From Sphyrna mokarran (taxonomy: Eukaryota), in NCBI GenBank assembly GCA_024679065.1, contig JAGIQG010000017.1:34410001-34474000 (forward strand): 64,000 nucleotides of DNA, in the 5' to 3' direction. The position numbers and the translations under genes are program-made. Of this stretch, positions 39,825-50,273 are shown piece after piece. Each line of letters opens with the position of its first letter. The stretch's first letter is position 1. The notes below the pieces were generated by a model that made no database searches, was not told the origin of the DNA, and was given only the letters and a program-made list of their open reading frames with translations.

Positions 39825-40402
39825 AGAGTGGAAAAGTGCAGGGAAGTCTCGCTACAACTGCACATGGTGCTAGTGATGCACACCATAGAATACCGTATAG
39901 AGTTTTGGTCTCCTTCATTAGGGAGGGATATATTTGTATTAGAAGCAGTTCAGAGAAGCTTCACTGGGCTAACTCCTGTGATGAAGGATTTGGCTTATGA
40001 GGAAAGGTTGAGCCTGTACTCATTAGAGTTTAGAATGAAGAGATTATTTTATTGAAGCATATAGATTTCTGAGGGGGCTTGACAGGATAGACCCTAAGGA
40101 TGTTTCACCTCATGGGGAAATCTAGAATTAGGGGTCATCACTTAACATACAAGCTTTCCCATTTAAGGTGGAGATAAAGAGGAATTTCTTCCCTTAAGAG
40201 GGTTTTGGTGGTTCAAATCCTCTTCCACAAAGAACGGTGGAGGCTGAGTCATTGAAAATATTCAAGTCTGAATTAAATCAGGGAGTTGAGGATCATGGGA
40301 GTGGGAGGGTGTGGCAGCAGGAAAGTAGAATTAAAGTGACAATCAAATCAGCCATGATCTTTCTGAATGGCAGAACTTCAATGGATTGAATGGCCTACTC
40401 AT
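39825..40402 (+). mobile_element. CR1 LINE 3' fragment
   Basis: LQLHMVLV..IEYRIEFWSPSLGRDIFVLEAVQRSFT..YEERL (ORF 39828-40055). Tail atcagccatgatc...gaatggcctactc. Confidence 0.85.
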
Positions 40403-40908
40403 GGTCTCAAGGTTGACATATGGCTACTATGTGATAGCAGGGCCTGAGGCAGAAAGCCTATTTCAACATCAACTGCTACATCAGGAGGACGGTATGTGGA
40501 CAAGCTAGATTGTGTTCTTGGGAGCAAATTCATGTGATTTTCTGCCAAAGTAGTAGCACAAGTGTAGTCAATTGTTTGGGGTTTGACTATATGTGTTTGT
40601 TCTCCATTCTCCATATGTCATTAGTCAAACCTGGGTGTGGTCACTTGAGAAGAAGGCTATTGAGGTTGGCTGCTGCAAGCAAGGGAGCAGGCATTTTAAA
40701 AGCATTGTGAATAAAGTTTCTGCACATGTAAAACCTGGAGTGTATTGGCTCTGCATATCTCTGAGCCATAATGGAGAACAACCAGCAGTGAGGATGATGG
40801 AAATAAACTTAATCTTACTGGCCCCTTTCTTTGCTGGGAGATCCACCCATGCACTGGAATTGATGAATTTAGGGGTTCAATACCTTTGCTCATTTTTGGG
40901 TTGGCAGT

Positions 40909-42156
40909 CCGGATGTAGCAATGATCTACAAGAAAGTGATATTTTTGCATTGTTTCAGAAGAGAAGGTTAGAGAATATTTCAGCAACTCATGGAGGACAC
41001 ATCCATGTTCGGTCAGGCAGTAAACATTCTCAAAAAATACTTTGTGGCAAAAATAGGTGCCAGAGACGCCAGGGTTGATAAGTCCATAAAATGATACCAC
41101 TGTGGCAATTGACAAATTCGTACACTAACCAGTGAACTACTTCATGACTAATTGAAAAATCTTCAGTTCCACGAAATAAGGAATTCCTATTCGTAGAGGA
41201 TGATGATTTAACCTTGGAAATAGCCATGAACTTGGCTGTTCAAGTTAAATTTGCCCTGTTAGATTCAGAAAAATAATACCAAAATGCACCTTTAGCCTCA
41301 GGGTTGCAGGCACAGCTTACCTGACCAGTTCAATTGCAAGGTTTATTTATGGACAAAGAGACCTCAGCAATACCCTCAAACACGTGCCCAAGTCATGGAA
41401 GTGGTGGTCAATTCATTACATTGGGTCTAACTTAAAGTAAAAAGTGCAATTCATTCTTAAAGTGGAACTACTGCAGGTTATAGAAGAGGACTTCATCAAG
41501 TCCACATGTTGAGGTGCCACTTCCTGAGGGTAAAGTATGGTATGTGTAAACCATCACAGGCAGTAAAAGCACGATGGTCTTTTTAAGGAATGCTCAGTTG
41601 AAATCATAGGCATCTGTGCTGTTTCTCATCCATTTTGAATGACAAACTCTACCACAGTATTTTTCACAATTCTCTTTCATTGCTGCAACAGACATTCCTA
41701 TTCAAACAGCAACAGTTGAACAATTCAACACTACAGAAAGAATTCTATGATCTAGTTGCCAGGTAATACAAATGGCAACATGCCGGATGTAGCAATGATC
41801 TACAAGAAAGTGATATTCTTGCATTGTTTCAGAAGAGAAGGTTAGAGAATATTTCAGCAACTCATGGAGGACACATCCATGTTTGGTCAGGCAGTAAACA
41901 TTCTCAAAAAACACTTTGTGGCAAAAATAGGTGCCAGAGACGCCAGGGTTGATAAGTCCATAAAATGATACCACTGTGGCAATTGACAAATTCGTACACT
42001 AACCCGTGAACTACTTCATGACTAATTGAAAAATCTTCAGTTCCACGAAATAAGGAATTCCTATTCATAGAGGATGATGATTTAACCTTGGAAATAGCCA
42101 TGAACTTGGCTGTTCAAGTTAAATTTGCCCTGTTAGATTCAGAAAAATAATACCAA
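40909..42156 (+). repeat. 374-bp direct duplication (40909-41282 / 41783-42156)
   Basis: Two copies offset by 874 bp with about 5 substitutions counted by eye. Explains the twin ORFs 40696/41702 and 41030/41904. Confidence 0.95.
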
Positions 42157-43189
42157 TCTGCCATGGCATTGATGGCAATGATGCCATGCAGCTGGAACTT
42201 ACTCTGCTATTCGCCATCCCTGACTCTCGTTATTGTCTGGCTTCTTGTGCAGGATGTTAATGGTGGAGATCATACCTGTTGCAAATCTCTCCGATGTTAA
42301 TGGGAGATGTAATGAGAATGATCTCTCTCTCTGGTTGCCATGACATGCAATCAATCCCGAGTGTCAGCATGCAGACCATAATAGGAGGATGGCAGGTGTT
42401 CAGCTGGAACTTACACACTCCCTGAGGTTTTTTACAGGTGCCGAGATGTGAAGCTGTGAGTGAAAGAACACTTCCAGTTAAAGCCTGGTGTGTACAAAGC
42501 TCCTCATCGTTGATGATCCAGCATTTTAACAGGGAAGGAGATGGTTATAAATGGCAGTCGTGCTTAGCACAGTGTATTTTTGAATGGTGTTTATCTCCTC
42601 CTGCTGTGCCCAACTTGGCAAGGTTGTTAAACATATTATGGTACTCAGTTTCAGTGCATAGGGTCGTAGAGTTGGCACTCATTGCCTTTGCCAGTTTGTT
42701 CTTCTGGTTCTGATCAGATCTCTTTCAGGCTCTTCATTGCTATGTCCCAAACAGATTTGTCCAGAAACTCACCCACTGGTGGCTTTTTGCATTTTTCAGT
42801 AACCAAATTCTACTTCTGTTCTCATTGCCAACTTTAAGTATGCATGGCCCATAGAGCTGTGCTAGGCATTTAAATACTTAAACAACATGTAGTTTCTCAT
42901 TCTGCAAATGGGCGAGTGCTTGATGGGAGGGACTGACAGCACCTGGACCTAGCCTTCATAACTGATGCCAGAATCTTCGATGTGGTCAATCCTAATGTGG
43001 CTGCATGGACAAGCCACACTTCACAAGAAGACTGTGGCCAATTGGAAAATCGAGTCTGCTTGTTAATGTACTTCAAATTGGAGTTATAGTTCCATCTGGC
43101 CAATTTGGATCGGCTGACAATTGGAAACATGAAAGCAAAATCTGGACTAGATATTACCCTAGGATGATCAATGTGCTCAGATACATAAA

Positions 43190-43320
43190 TGAAGTAAAAA
43201 AATCAAGGTTATGGAGAAAGAGTGGGGAAGTGTATCCAACTGGAGAGCTCCTTCAAAGATTCAACACAGGCTCAATGGGCCAAATGGCCTTCTTTGCAGG
43301 ATATGAGTCAGCGGATTCTT
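43190..43320 (+). mobile_element. CR1 LINE 3' tail fragment
   Basis: gagctccttcaaagattcaacacaggctcaatgggccaaatggccttct tail. Confidence 0.6.
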
Positions 43321-43803
43321 GAACTGCATTACCTCGGCTTGAAAGTTAATAATTGTTCTAACTGATGAGCATAGTTAATTTTTTCTATCTATATGGAGAA
43401 TTGCAGCAAAGGGACAATTTTCCAAATGCACGTTCCCAATGTGAATTCTTGCCCCACAAAGAAATAATAGTTTTGCTTCTTAATACTTTCACTAAAATGA
43501 ATGGACAGAAATTATGGGATGTCCTGACAATTCCCCAATGTCTGCTTCCATCAGAAATGTCTCCATTCCAGAAGTGCTCATTGACAAAGTGAAAAATTCA
43601 GCGCTCAGATTCCAGGCATCAACAAATAGCCAACAAATATTATTAATCTAATTTTCTCCTGCTATTTACGTAACTTACATTTGAGAGGTTTATGAATGAG
43701 AAGAAATAGCTTGTAGGGGAGAATAACAACATTCCTGGAAAAAAAAATGTGCTGTTAAGGTAAGTATTTCTTGTAAATTTATACAGTTCTCTTTTATATA
43801 ATT

Positions 43804-43880
43804 ATGTTTCCTCCCACAGTCCAAAGATGTGAGGTTTAAGTCGATTGGCCATGCTAAATTACCCCTTAGTGTCAGGGGGA
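43804..43880 (+). mobile_element. V-SINE core fragment
   Basis: tttcctcccacagtccaaagatgtg..gattggccatgctaaatt.ccccttagtgtc. Confidence 0.75.
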
Positions 43881-44122
43881 CTTTTTGCACTTGTGAGGTT
43901 TTTATGTTAGATTGTATTTGGTTGTTCTTTACTAAATTCTGGGAGAATTGAATGCTCACATGTTAATTATGTTTACCTATCAATGGGTGTGAATATTCAC
44001 AAATGTATATTACAAATTTCACTCCATTGAGAAAGGTACAATATCTATCAGCTACTTCAGCAAGTGATCAAAATTACCAGTTGTCTCTCTGTTCAAAGAT
44101 GATGATCTCTCAGGTTTGTGAC

Positions 44123-44472
44123 TTTTTTATTTTAATTCATTCATGGGACATGGATGTCGCTGGCTGGGCAGCATTTATTGCCCATCTCTAATTGCCCTTG
44201 CAAGGCAGCTGAGAGTTAACTACATTGCTGTGGCTCTGGAGTCACATGTAGGCTAAACCAGTTAAGGTCGACAGATTTCCTCCCCCAAAGGACATTAATG
44301 AACAATTGACAATTGTTTCATAGCCATCAGTAGATTCTTAATGACAGATTTGTTTTCTTCAATTCAAATTCCACCATCTGCCATGGCAGGATTCGAACCC
44401 AGGTTCCTAGAACATTAGTTGAATTTCTGGATTAATAGTCTAGCAGTAATACCATTAAGCCATTGCCTCCCC
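44123..44472 (-). mobile_element. tRNA-derived SINE (non-V family)
   Basis: On the minus strand: ggggaggcaatggcttaatgg (A box) and ggttcgaatcc (B box). Tail gatgggcaataaatgctgcccagccagcgacatcca..atgaatgaat..aaaa, with a homologue at 57592-57710. Confidence 0.8.
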
Positions 44473-44539
44473 TATGCCATGCGTCTCCATCGATTGATCA
44501 GGCCGATTCTCGACATTTAAATTTTGTGCACAAGGAGGA

Positions 44540-46070
44540 AGGATCTGTGAGGTGACCTGATCTGGAATGCCTGATTTCCTTGCTTTTCTTTCTTTCCCTG
44601 TCACTGTTCTGCCTCACCATTCTGTCTTTGGAACTTGAAAAGAATGCAGTCCGATGGACAAGTTGTTGTCATTCTGAACAACTGGTAGCACGCTCCTCGC
44701 AGTCATTGAGGTCAATGCTGCCATGTTTCAAGGCATCTTTGAGCATTTTTATTGTGTTTCTGTGGTAGATTGGACATTTGACAGTTGAGAGAACAGGACT
44801 TGAGCAGGCATGATTTTCAGCTATCTGGCCAGTCCTTCTTGGTTGGTTCTGTCTGAATGTTTGTGGAGTTGGATTCCAGAAGACACTTGCATTTGTTTGA
44901 CAGTTTCACAGTGAATCCAGAGGATGAAGTGGAAGCATTGTTGATGGAATTTGTCACATGCTCTTATTGTAACTTTTACACAGTCCAGTTCTCACTGTAG
45001 TGAGTGATGACAGCTTTTCTGCACATTAGGACTTTGGTAACTTGTGGAGGTCTTTGAACACCCAAAGAAGTAGAAAGCTGAACTGGTACAACTTATCCAT
45101 TGTTGGATCGCCTCCAAATCAATAGTAGCCTTTGAGAGACTGCCAAGATATGGGAAATAGTCAACATATTCCAGAGCAGCTGGAATATCTGGCTATCCAA
45201 TTGATATATGGGGGTGAAGGAGCTTGCTGGCAATATTCAAGGACATGCCAAGTCTAGCATGTAGAATTAAAGGAATCAAGTTTAGTTTGCAAACCTGGTG
45301 CAGTCGTCCATAAACTATAGATGATTTATGTCTGTGGTAGCCAGTTTTGTTTTGACACAGAGATGACTGAGGTTAATGATTTTCCATCTGGAGGGTATTT
45401 AATATTGACATCAGAGGGCAGTTGATTATTTTTGTCCTGATCTGGATTTTGAAGATGTTTGTATCAGATCTCCCCGTCAAGACAAATGAGTTTGTATCAT
45501 CAAGCAGCAACTGCAGAGCTGTGATGAAATGTTGGATATCCACAGAGCTTTGTAATTACTGTGTCGTATGCTTTGGTTAGGTGAATTAATGCAATGAAGA
45601 TTTCTCAGAGTTGTTCTGAACATTTTACTTAGATTTGTCTGATAACAGAGGCCATGTTCCTCTGGAAGATTTAAAATCACACTTTGTCCCTTGAAGTATT
45701 TTCTCTGTCACAAAAGGAGAATATTGAGGATTTTGCCTGCTATGGATAAGGGGTAATATCTTGATTGTTTCCACAGCATGATTTCTCTTCCCTCTTGTCA
45801 CATTCTTAAAATTAGGGGATAGTTATTTTTTCTTCCAAGTCTGTAGAATTCATGCTTGGAATCTGGGGATAAGCAGTAGTCTGCCAGCTTTGAACACCAT
45901 TGGGGTCACAGACTTTGTTGTTTCTCATCTGATAACTGGTTGTTGAAACTCTCCCATCAATGGTTGCTCAGTAATGGATTCTATCACAGGGTACAAGGGG
46001 GATAGCAGGGAGAATGTCAGCTGCCACTATGGATTCTCAGCTGAGGAATTTTTCAAACTGCAACCAAAAT
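44540..46070 (-). mobile_element. RTE-clade LINE fragment (degenerate)
   Basis: Minus-strand remnants resemble RTE ORF2: QMRNNKVCDPNG (cf. LKNNKAPGxDG), VDYFPYLGSL and LKDALKHGSID. Confidence 0.65.
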
Positions 46071-46624
46071 AAGGCAGTGACAAAATGTTCAAACAAGCTT
46101 AAAACCCTGCAATAGAATTAGACACTGATAATAGGTAACTTTAGGCAAATAGCCTTCCATATTTACCTTGCAATTTTGTTAAATAGGGAAAATCATGCTC
46201 AACTCCACAAGTATTGTTTAGATCTAGTTGAGGAGACATTGGACAGCATTTTGCGGCTGCACTCACCCTGAAACCAGAAAACCCTGCCTGAGGTCACTGG
46301 ACCTTTGTATGGTCCGATCTCCCCACCCGCTACGATTTCCATGGTGGGCGGGTTGGGAAAATTCACCCCGTAAAGTCATGCAGACAACACAATTGTTCTG
46401 TCTAGATTATTTCAATTGTTTGGTAGGAAATTTCTGTTGTACAATGGAAATAGTATTTTTGGTTGTATCATGATGTTACCACTGGTAATAATTGAAATCA
46501 GGTAGGCAAATACTTTTCCCCCGAAACAGGAGCAGATCCTTTTCTGATGATTCCTCAATGCACTAAACCCAGTATTGAGATAAGCAAAGTTCGACAAATA
46601 ACATAAATAGAAATGATTGCTTTT

Positions 46625-46692
46625 GTGGGATAAGAGATTTTCACAGTAACTTCATTAATATAACCCTACTTGTGACACTAATAAATAATCTT
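46625..46692 (+). mobile_element. Isolated V-SINE subfamily B tail
   Basis: gattttcacagtaacttcatt..cctacttgtgacactaataaataa. Confidence 0.7.
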
Positions 46693-46723
46693 AATATATA
46701 AAAGACTGGTGACAGTGGACTGA

Positions 46724-46969
46724 AAGAACTCAGTAAGAATTTAGCAACACCAATTTTAAATCCAACCGATTTATTTGATAGTAAATTTGCGAGCTTTCGA
46801 CACTCTGTGTCTTTGTCAGGCGAAGAACACTGCAGTTGCCTGACAAAGACACAGAGTGTCGAAAACTCGCAAATTTACTACCAAATAAATCGGTTGGATT
46901 TAAAATTGGTGTTGCTAAATTCTTACTGAGTTCTTACTACCCCAGTCCAACGCCGGCATCTCTACATCA
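46724..46969 (+). mobile_element. Penelope-like palindromic mini-element (family 1) with 14-bp TSD
   Basis: Inverted arms 46724-46821 and 46838-46935 (98 bp, 2 mismatches) with a 16-nt spacer. Tail ccccagtccaacgccggcatctctacatca. Flanking direct repeat tgacagtggactga (46710-46723 / 46970-46983). Confidence 0.85.
46836..46872 (+). ncRNA. Minimal type I hammerhead-ribozyme-like motif (G8>A variant)
   Basis: UUGC-CUGACAA-A-GACAC(AGA)GUGUC-GAAA-ACUC-GCAA: helix I UUGC/GCAA, 5-bp helix II, and core boxes. A mirror copy lies on the - strand of the left arm. Confidence 0.6.
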
Positions 46970-47149
46970 TGACAGTGGACTGACCATCCATGGTATCCAA
47001 TCTGATGGTACTGATTATTCCTCCCCTAGATTGAAAATTACCCCTCAACTGTGTGGTATTCACAACAATACTATACAACAAGATAATTTTGTAGACAATA
47101 CTTCAAAGAGACATTGGTATATTCAAAGTGTGTTCGCAAACAAGAAGGC

Positions 47150-47520
47150 AACACATTCAGGAACAAACTCAAGAGCAGGTTTTATTAGATTTGGAATTCT
47201 GTGAGCTGGCAGGATTAATTAATGACCTCAGAGTGAAGGTCATTAGCAGTGACCCCTTGGTAGCAGTGACCACAACATGATAACATAATATGTCCAGTTT
47301 GAAAGGGAGGAGAGTGGACCTGAAGCTAATAAGAAGTGACATTTTTAAATGTGAATAAGGGCAACTATGTGGGCATGGAAATTGAAGTGAACAAGGATAC
47401 AAGGTTAGGGCATAGATCAGTAAAGAAGCAATGATGGACACTTAAGGGGATATTTCAGAATCAGTGTATTCCTGCTACAAAAGGACCCACCATCCATAGT
47501 TAACTAAGAAATTATGGCCT
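47150..47520 (+). mobile_element. CR1 endonuclease-region fragment
   Basis: TQEQVLLDL....AGLINDLRVK...SDHN (cf. PTREQAILDLV..LINDL..LGNSDHN). Confidence 0.7.
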
Positions 47521-47901
47521 CTTAAAAATAACCAGCAATGGGAATGGATACAGAAATCCTGGAATCGGTTCATATGCATCATTTTAAAGCTCGTACATCA
47601 CTATTCAGACATAAACAGAGGCACAAAAGTCCGACCTATTGGATTAGATTTTCTGACCTCCTTCACACCAAAACAGGAAAATCCCACCTGAAGTCAACAG
47701 ACCTTTCCATGGTTCGCCCTTCACCTGAGTCATGTGGACGGCATAGTAAAATTTGCTCCATCGTCTCCAGCACAAAATAAGGAAATTATGGTCATTTGGC
47801 AATGGTGGATAGTTCTTCAACATCAAAGTTCGCAATCAATTTTTCCAGGAACAAGGTCACGTGGGACGTTGCATAATATTATAGTAGTCAGCAAAACTAT
47901 C

Positions 47902-48110
47902 GGGCAGGAATCTCTGACTTCTTAGTTGCATGTGTCTTGGCAGTGGGAGGTGGCGTGCTGTTCACAGGTGGCGTGATTCTCTGGTCTCGCAGCTGTCAAT
48001 GGGATTTCCCATTGATGTTATCCCACTCTGTTGGGAAACCTGCAAACAGGGGTGTGCTGATGGCAGGACTGGAGAATCTTGCTGGCGTGAATGGCCAGAG
48101 AATCCTACCC
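47902..48110. mobile_element. Harbinger-type MITE
   Basis: TIRs gggcaggaatctctg / cagagaatcctaccc (13/15 match) and an internal palindrome tcaatggg..cccattga. Relatives near 14070, 27510, 29100, 46230, 47640, 52630 and 53000. Confidence 0.7.
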
Positions 48111-48239
48111 TATATCTCTACAACACAAAACTCGGAATTCATTTTCTTATTATATAAACCTAAAGTAACTTTGAAAAACAACATTAATTGGATAGAAAGT
48201 ATATTATTTTCTGGATCTTCTTAGAGTAGCACAGTGGCC

Positions 48240-48342
48240 ATGATGTGGAGATGATGGAGTAGGGTAAGCATAGTAAGATGTCTCACGACACCAGATTAAA
48301 CCTGTTAGACTTTAACTTGATGGTGTGAGACTTTTTATTATA
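48240..48342 (-). mobile_element. Penelope-like mini-element (family 1), collapsed
   Basis: tgatgtggagatg..gggtaagcatagtaag..tctcacgacacc paired with ggtgtgagactt. Homologous to the 46724 and 60204 elements. Confidence 0.7.
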
Positions 48343-48344
48343 GC

Positions 48345-48685
48345 AGGGCAGCACATTGGTTAGCACTGCTGCCTCACAGTGCTAAGAAACTGGGTTCAAT
48401 TCCAGCCTTGAATGATTGTCTGTGTGAAGTTTGTATGTTGTCCTGGGTCTGCGTGGGTTTCCTTCAGATGCTCCAATTTACTATCACAGTCTAAAGAGGT
48501 ATAGGTTAGGTGAATTGACCATGATAAATTACCGATTAGTTCCCAAGATGTGTAGGTTAGATGTGTAGTGAGTAAATACGTGGGGTTATGGGGATAGGGA
48601 CTGCTTATGGTACATTGTCAGAGAGTTGGTGCAGTTTTGATGGGGCGAATGGCCTCCTTCTGTACTTTAAGGATCTATGATTCTC
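48345..48685 (+). mobile_element. HE1-type V-SINE (subfamily A)
   Basis: gggcagcacattggttagcactgctgcctcacag head, V core, tail gatggggcgaatggcctccttctgtact..tctatgattct. Confidence 0.9.
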
Positions 48686-48887
48686 ATTCTACTGATTGGC
48701 AGGAAAATTAGGTGATCATGCATGCATCATTCTTATAGGCATAGGGACTGCTTATGGTACATTGTCAGAGAGTTGGTGCAGTTTTGATGGGGCGAATGGC
48801 CTCCTTCTGTACTTTAAGGATCTATGATTCTCATTCTACTGATTGGCAGGAAAATTAGGTGATCATGCATGCATCATTCTTATAGGC
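48594..48887 (+). repeat. Perfect 147-bp tandem duplication
   Basis: 48594-48740 equals 48741-48887. The unit covers the SINE tail plus unique flank, with atagg microhomology at the junction. Confidence 0.95.
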
Positions 48888-49626
48888 TTGTAATGGTGTC
48901 ACTAATTTGGGGTTTGAGGGCCTGTCAGACATTGTTAAAATGGACTGATGTTTCTGTAAATGAAGGTAGATGTCCCAGCTGTCCGACCTTTCCCAACTCA
49001 ACTTTCCTGTCTCCTTCATGAAGATGCTGTCCAATATCTCTGAAGAAGTTGTCTGTCGTGCTGCCTACAGTAACAAAAAGGAAATCCTCCACTGTCAGGA
49101 TCATGCCACATTTGATTTAGCATCTCTTCTGAGGAAAGCAGCTTTGGCAATGACTAGTGTTTCAACAAAGAAATTTCCCATTGAAACTATCTGAGGGAAC
49201 TGCCAATTCATCAATCTTATTGCACATGAATAAGAGAAAAGAAAAACACTGGTCTGATAATATGGGAGTGGGCAGAGCACTGTGCTTCCTCGGTTCTATG
49301 GTTAAAACTGAGGTATCAAAATCATACACTACATATACTGGTGTATGCAGCTCGTCAATGCAAAATGAATAGAATGTATAGCTGCCAGCTGGCCGGTCCT
49401 TCTACCTAATTTTTGAACTAATCAGCATTACAAACTTTGTCATTCATTGCTTAAGTAGTTGGATTCATCTGTGTTTTAAAAGAAGATTCTTGTACCACAT
49501 ATGGCAGCAGTGCATACACTGATATCTCAATCTCAATAATTAAGACAATCTAGACACTGTTTTTAATCTCACTTATATCTGAAGTCTGATTCAGTTAATT
49601 TATGTTTGTTTTGGCAAAGACCACTG

Positions 49627-49940
49627 TCATAGAATACATAGAAACAGTGCAGAAGGAGGCCATCCAGTCCATTTGACTCTGCATCGACCACAATTCCAAC
49701 CACCCCCTATCCCCGTAGCCCTGCTTATTTACCCTGCTTGTTCCCCTGACACTACGAGTCAACTTAGCATAGCCAATCAACCTAACCCGCACATCTTTGG
49801 ACTGTTGGGAGGAAATCTTGGCACCTGGCAAAAATCCACGCAGACACTGGGTGAATGTGCAAACTTCACAGAGGCCAGGGAATCAAACCTGGGTCCCTGG
49901 CACTGAGAGGCAGCAATGCTAACCTCTGTGCCACCAAGCC
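49627..49940 (-). mobile_element. HE1-type V-SINE (subfamily A)
   Basis: Reversed HE1 with a catagaa tail. Confidence 0.9.
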
Positions 49941-49999
49941 ATCCTCTTGATTGTTCTAGACAGTTACTTATGTGCTAAGTGAAACAAAGTTCAAATGAA

Positions 50000-50175
50000 T
50001 CCAAAGATGTGCAGGTTAGCTTCATTGGCCATGCTAAGTTGCTCCTTAGTGCTAGAGGATTATCAGAGTAAATATGTGATGTTATGGGGATAGGACCTGG
50101 GTGGGGATTGTTGTCAGTGTAGGTTCAATGTGCCAAATAGCTTCTTTTTGAGCTATGAGGATTCCATGATTCTAA
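50000..50175 (+). mobile_element. HE1-type V-SINE 3' half
   Basis: tccaaagatgtgcaggttag..ttggccatgctaa..tail gattccatgattcta. Confidence 0.85.
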
Positions 50176-50273
50176 GATGATCCAGTCCAAGTAACTATTA
50201 TCAAGAGTTAAAAACAATCTAAACTTGCAAATCCCTGCAAAAAGTAGGGTGGAATAGTAACAGTTATTGGTAG

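Larger units (their letters stand above)
38950..43130. mobile_element. Highly degenerate, rearranged Gypsy-like LTR retrotransposon remnants
   Basis: gag-like on + (FLHCFRREG.RIFQQL...FVEDDDLTLEIAMNLAVQV, in two copies). Weak RT/RNaseH-like segments on - (40400-40850, 38950-39750). Integrase Zn-finger-like segment on - (LVHAATLGLTTSKILA...CCQS, 42897-43130). Confidence 0.5.

Noticed and set aside
40593-41115. Longest ORFs (161 and 139 aa) as novel genes
   Set aside because: They cross a rearrangement junction in decayed Gypsy sequence and have no coherent domain or splice structure.
46724-46935. Pre-miRNA or Tc1-type MITE
   Set aside because: The asymmetric tail, 14-bp TSD and homologous copies point to a Penelope-like retroelement end. 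No small-RNA evidence is available.
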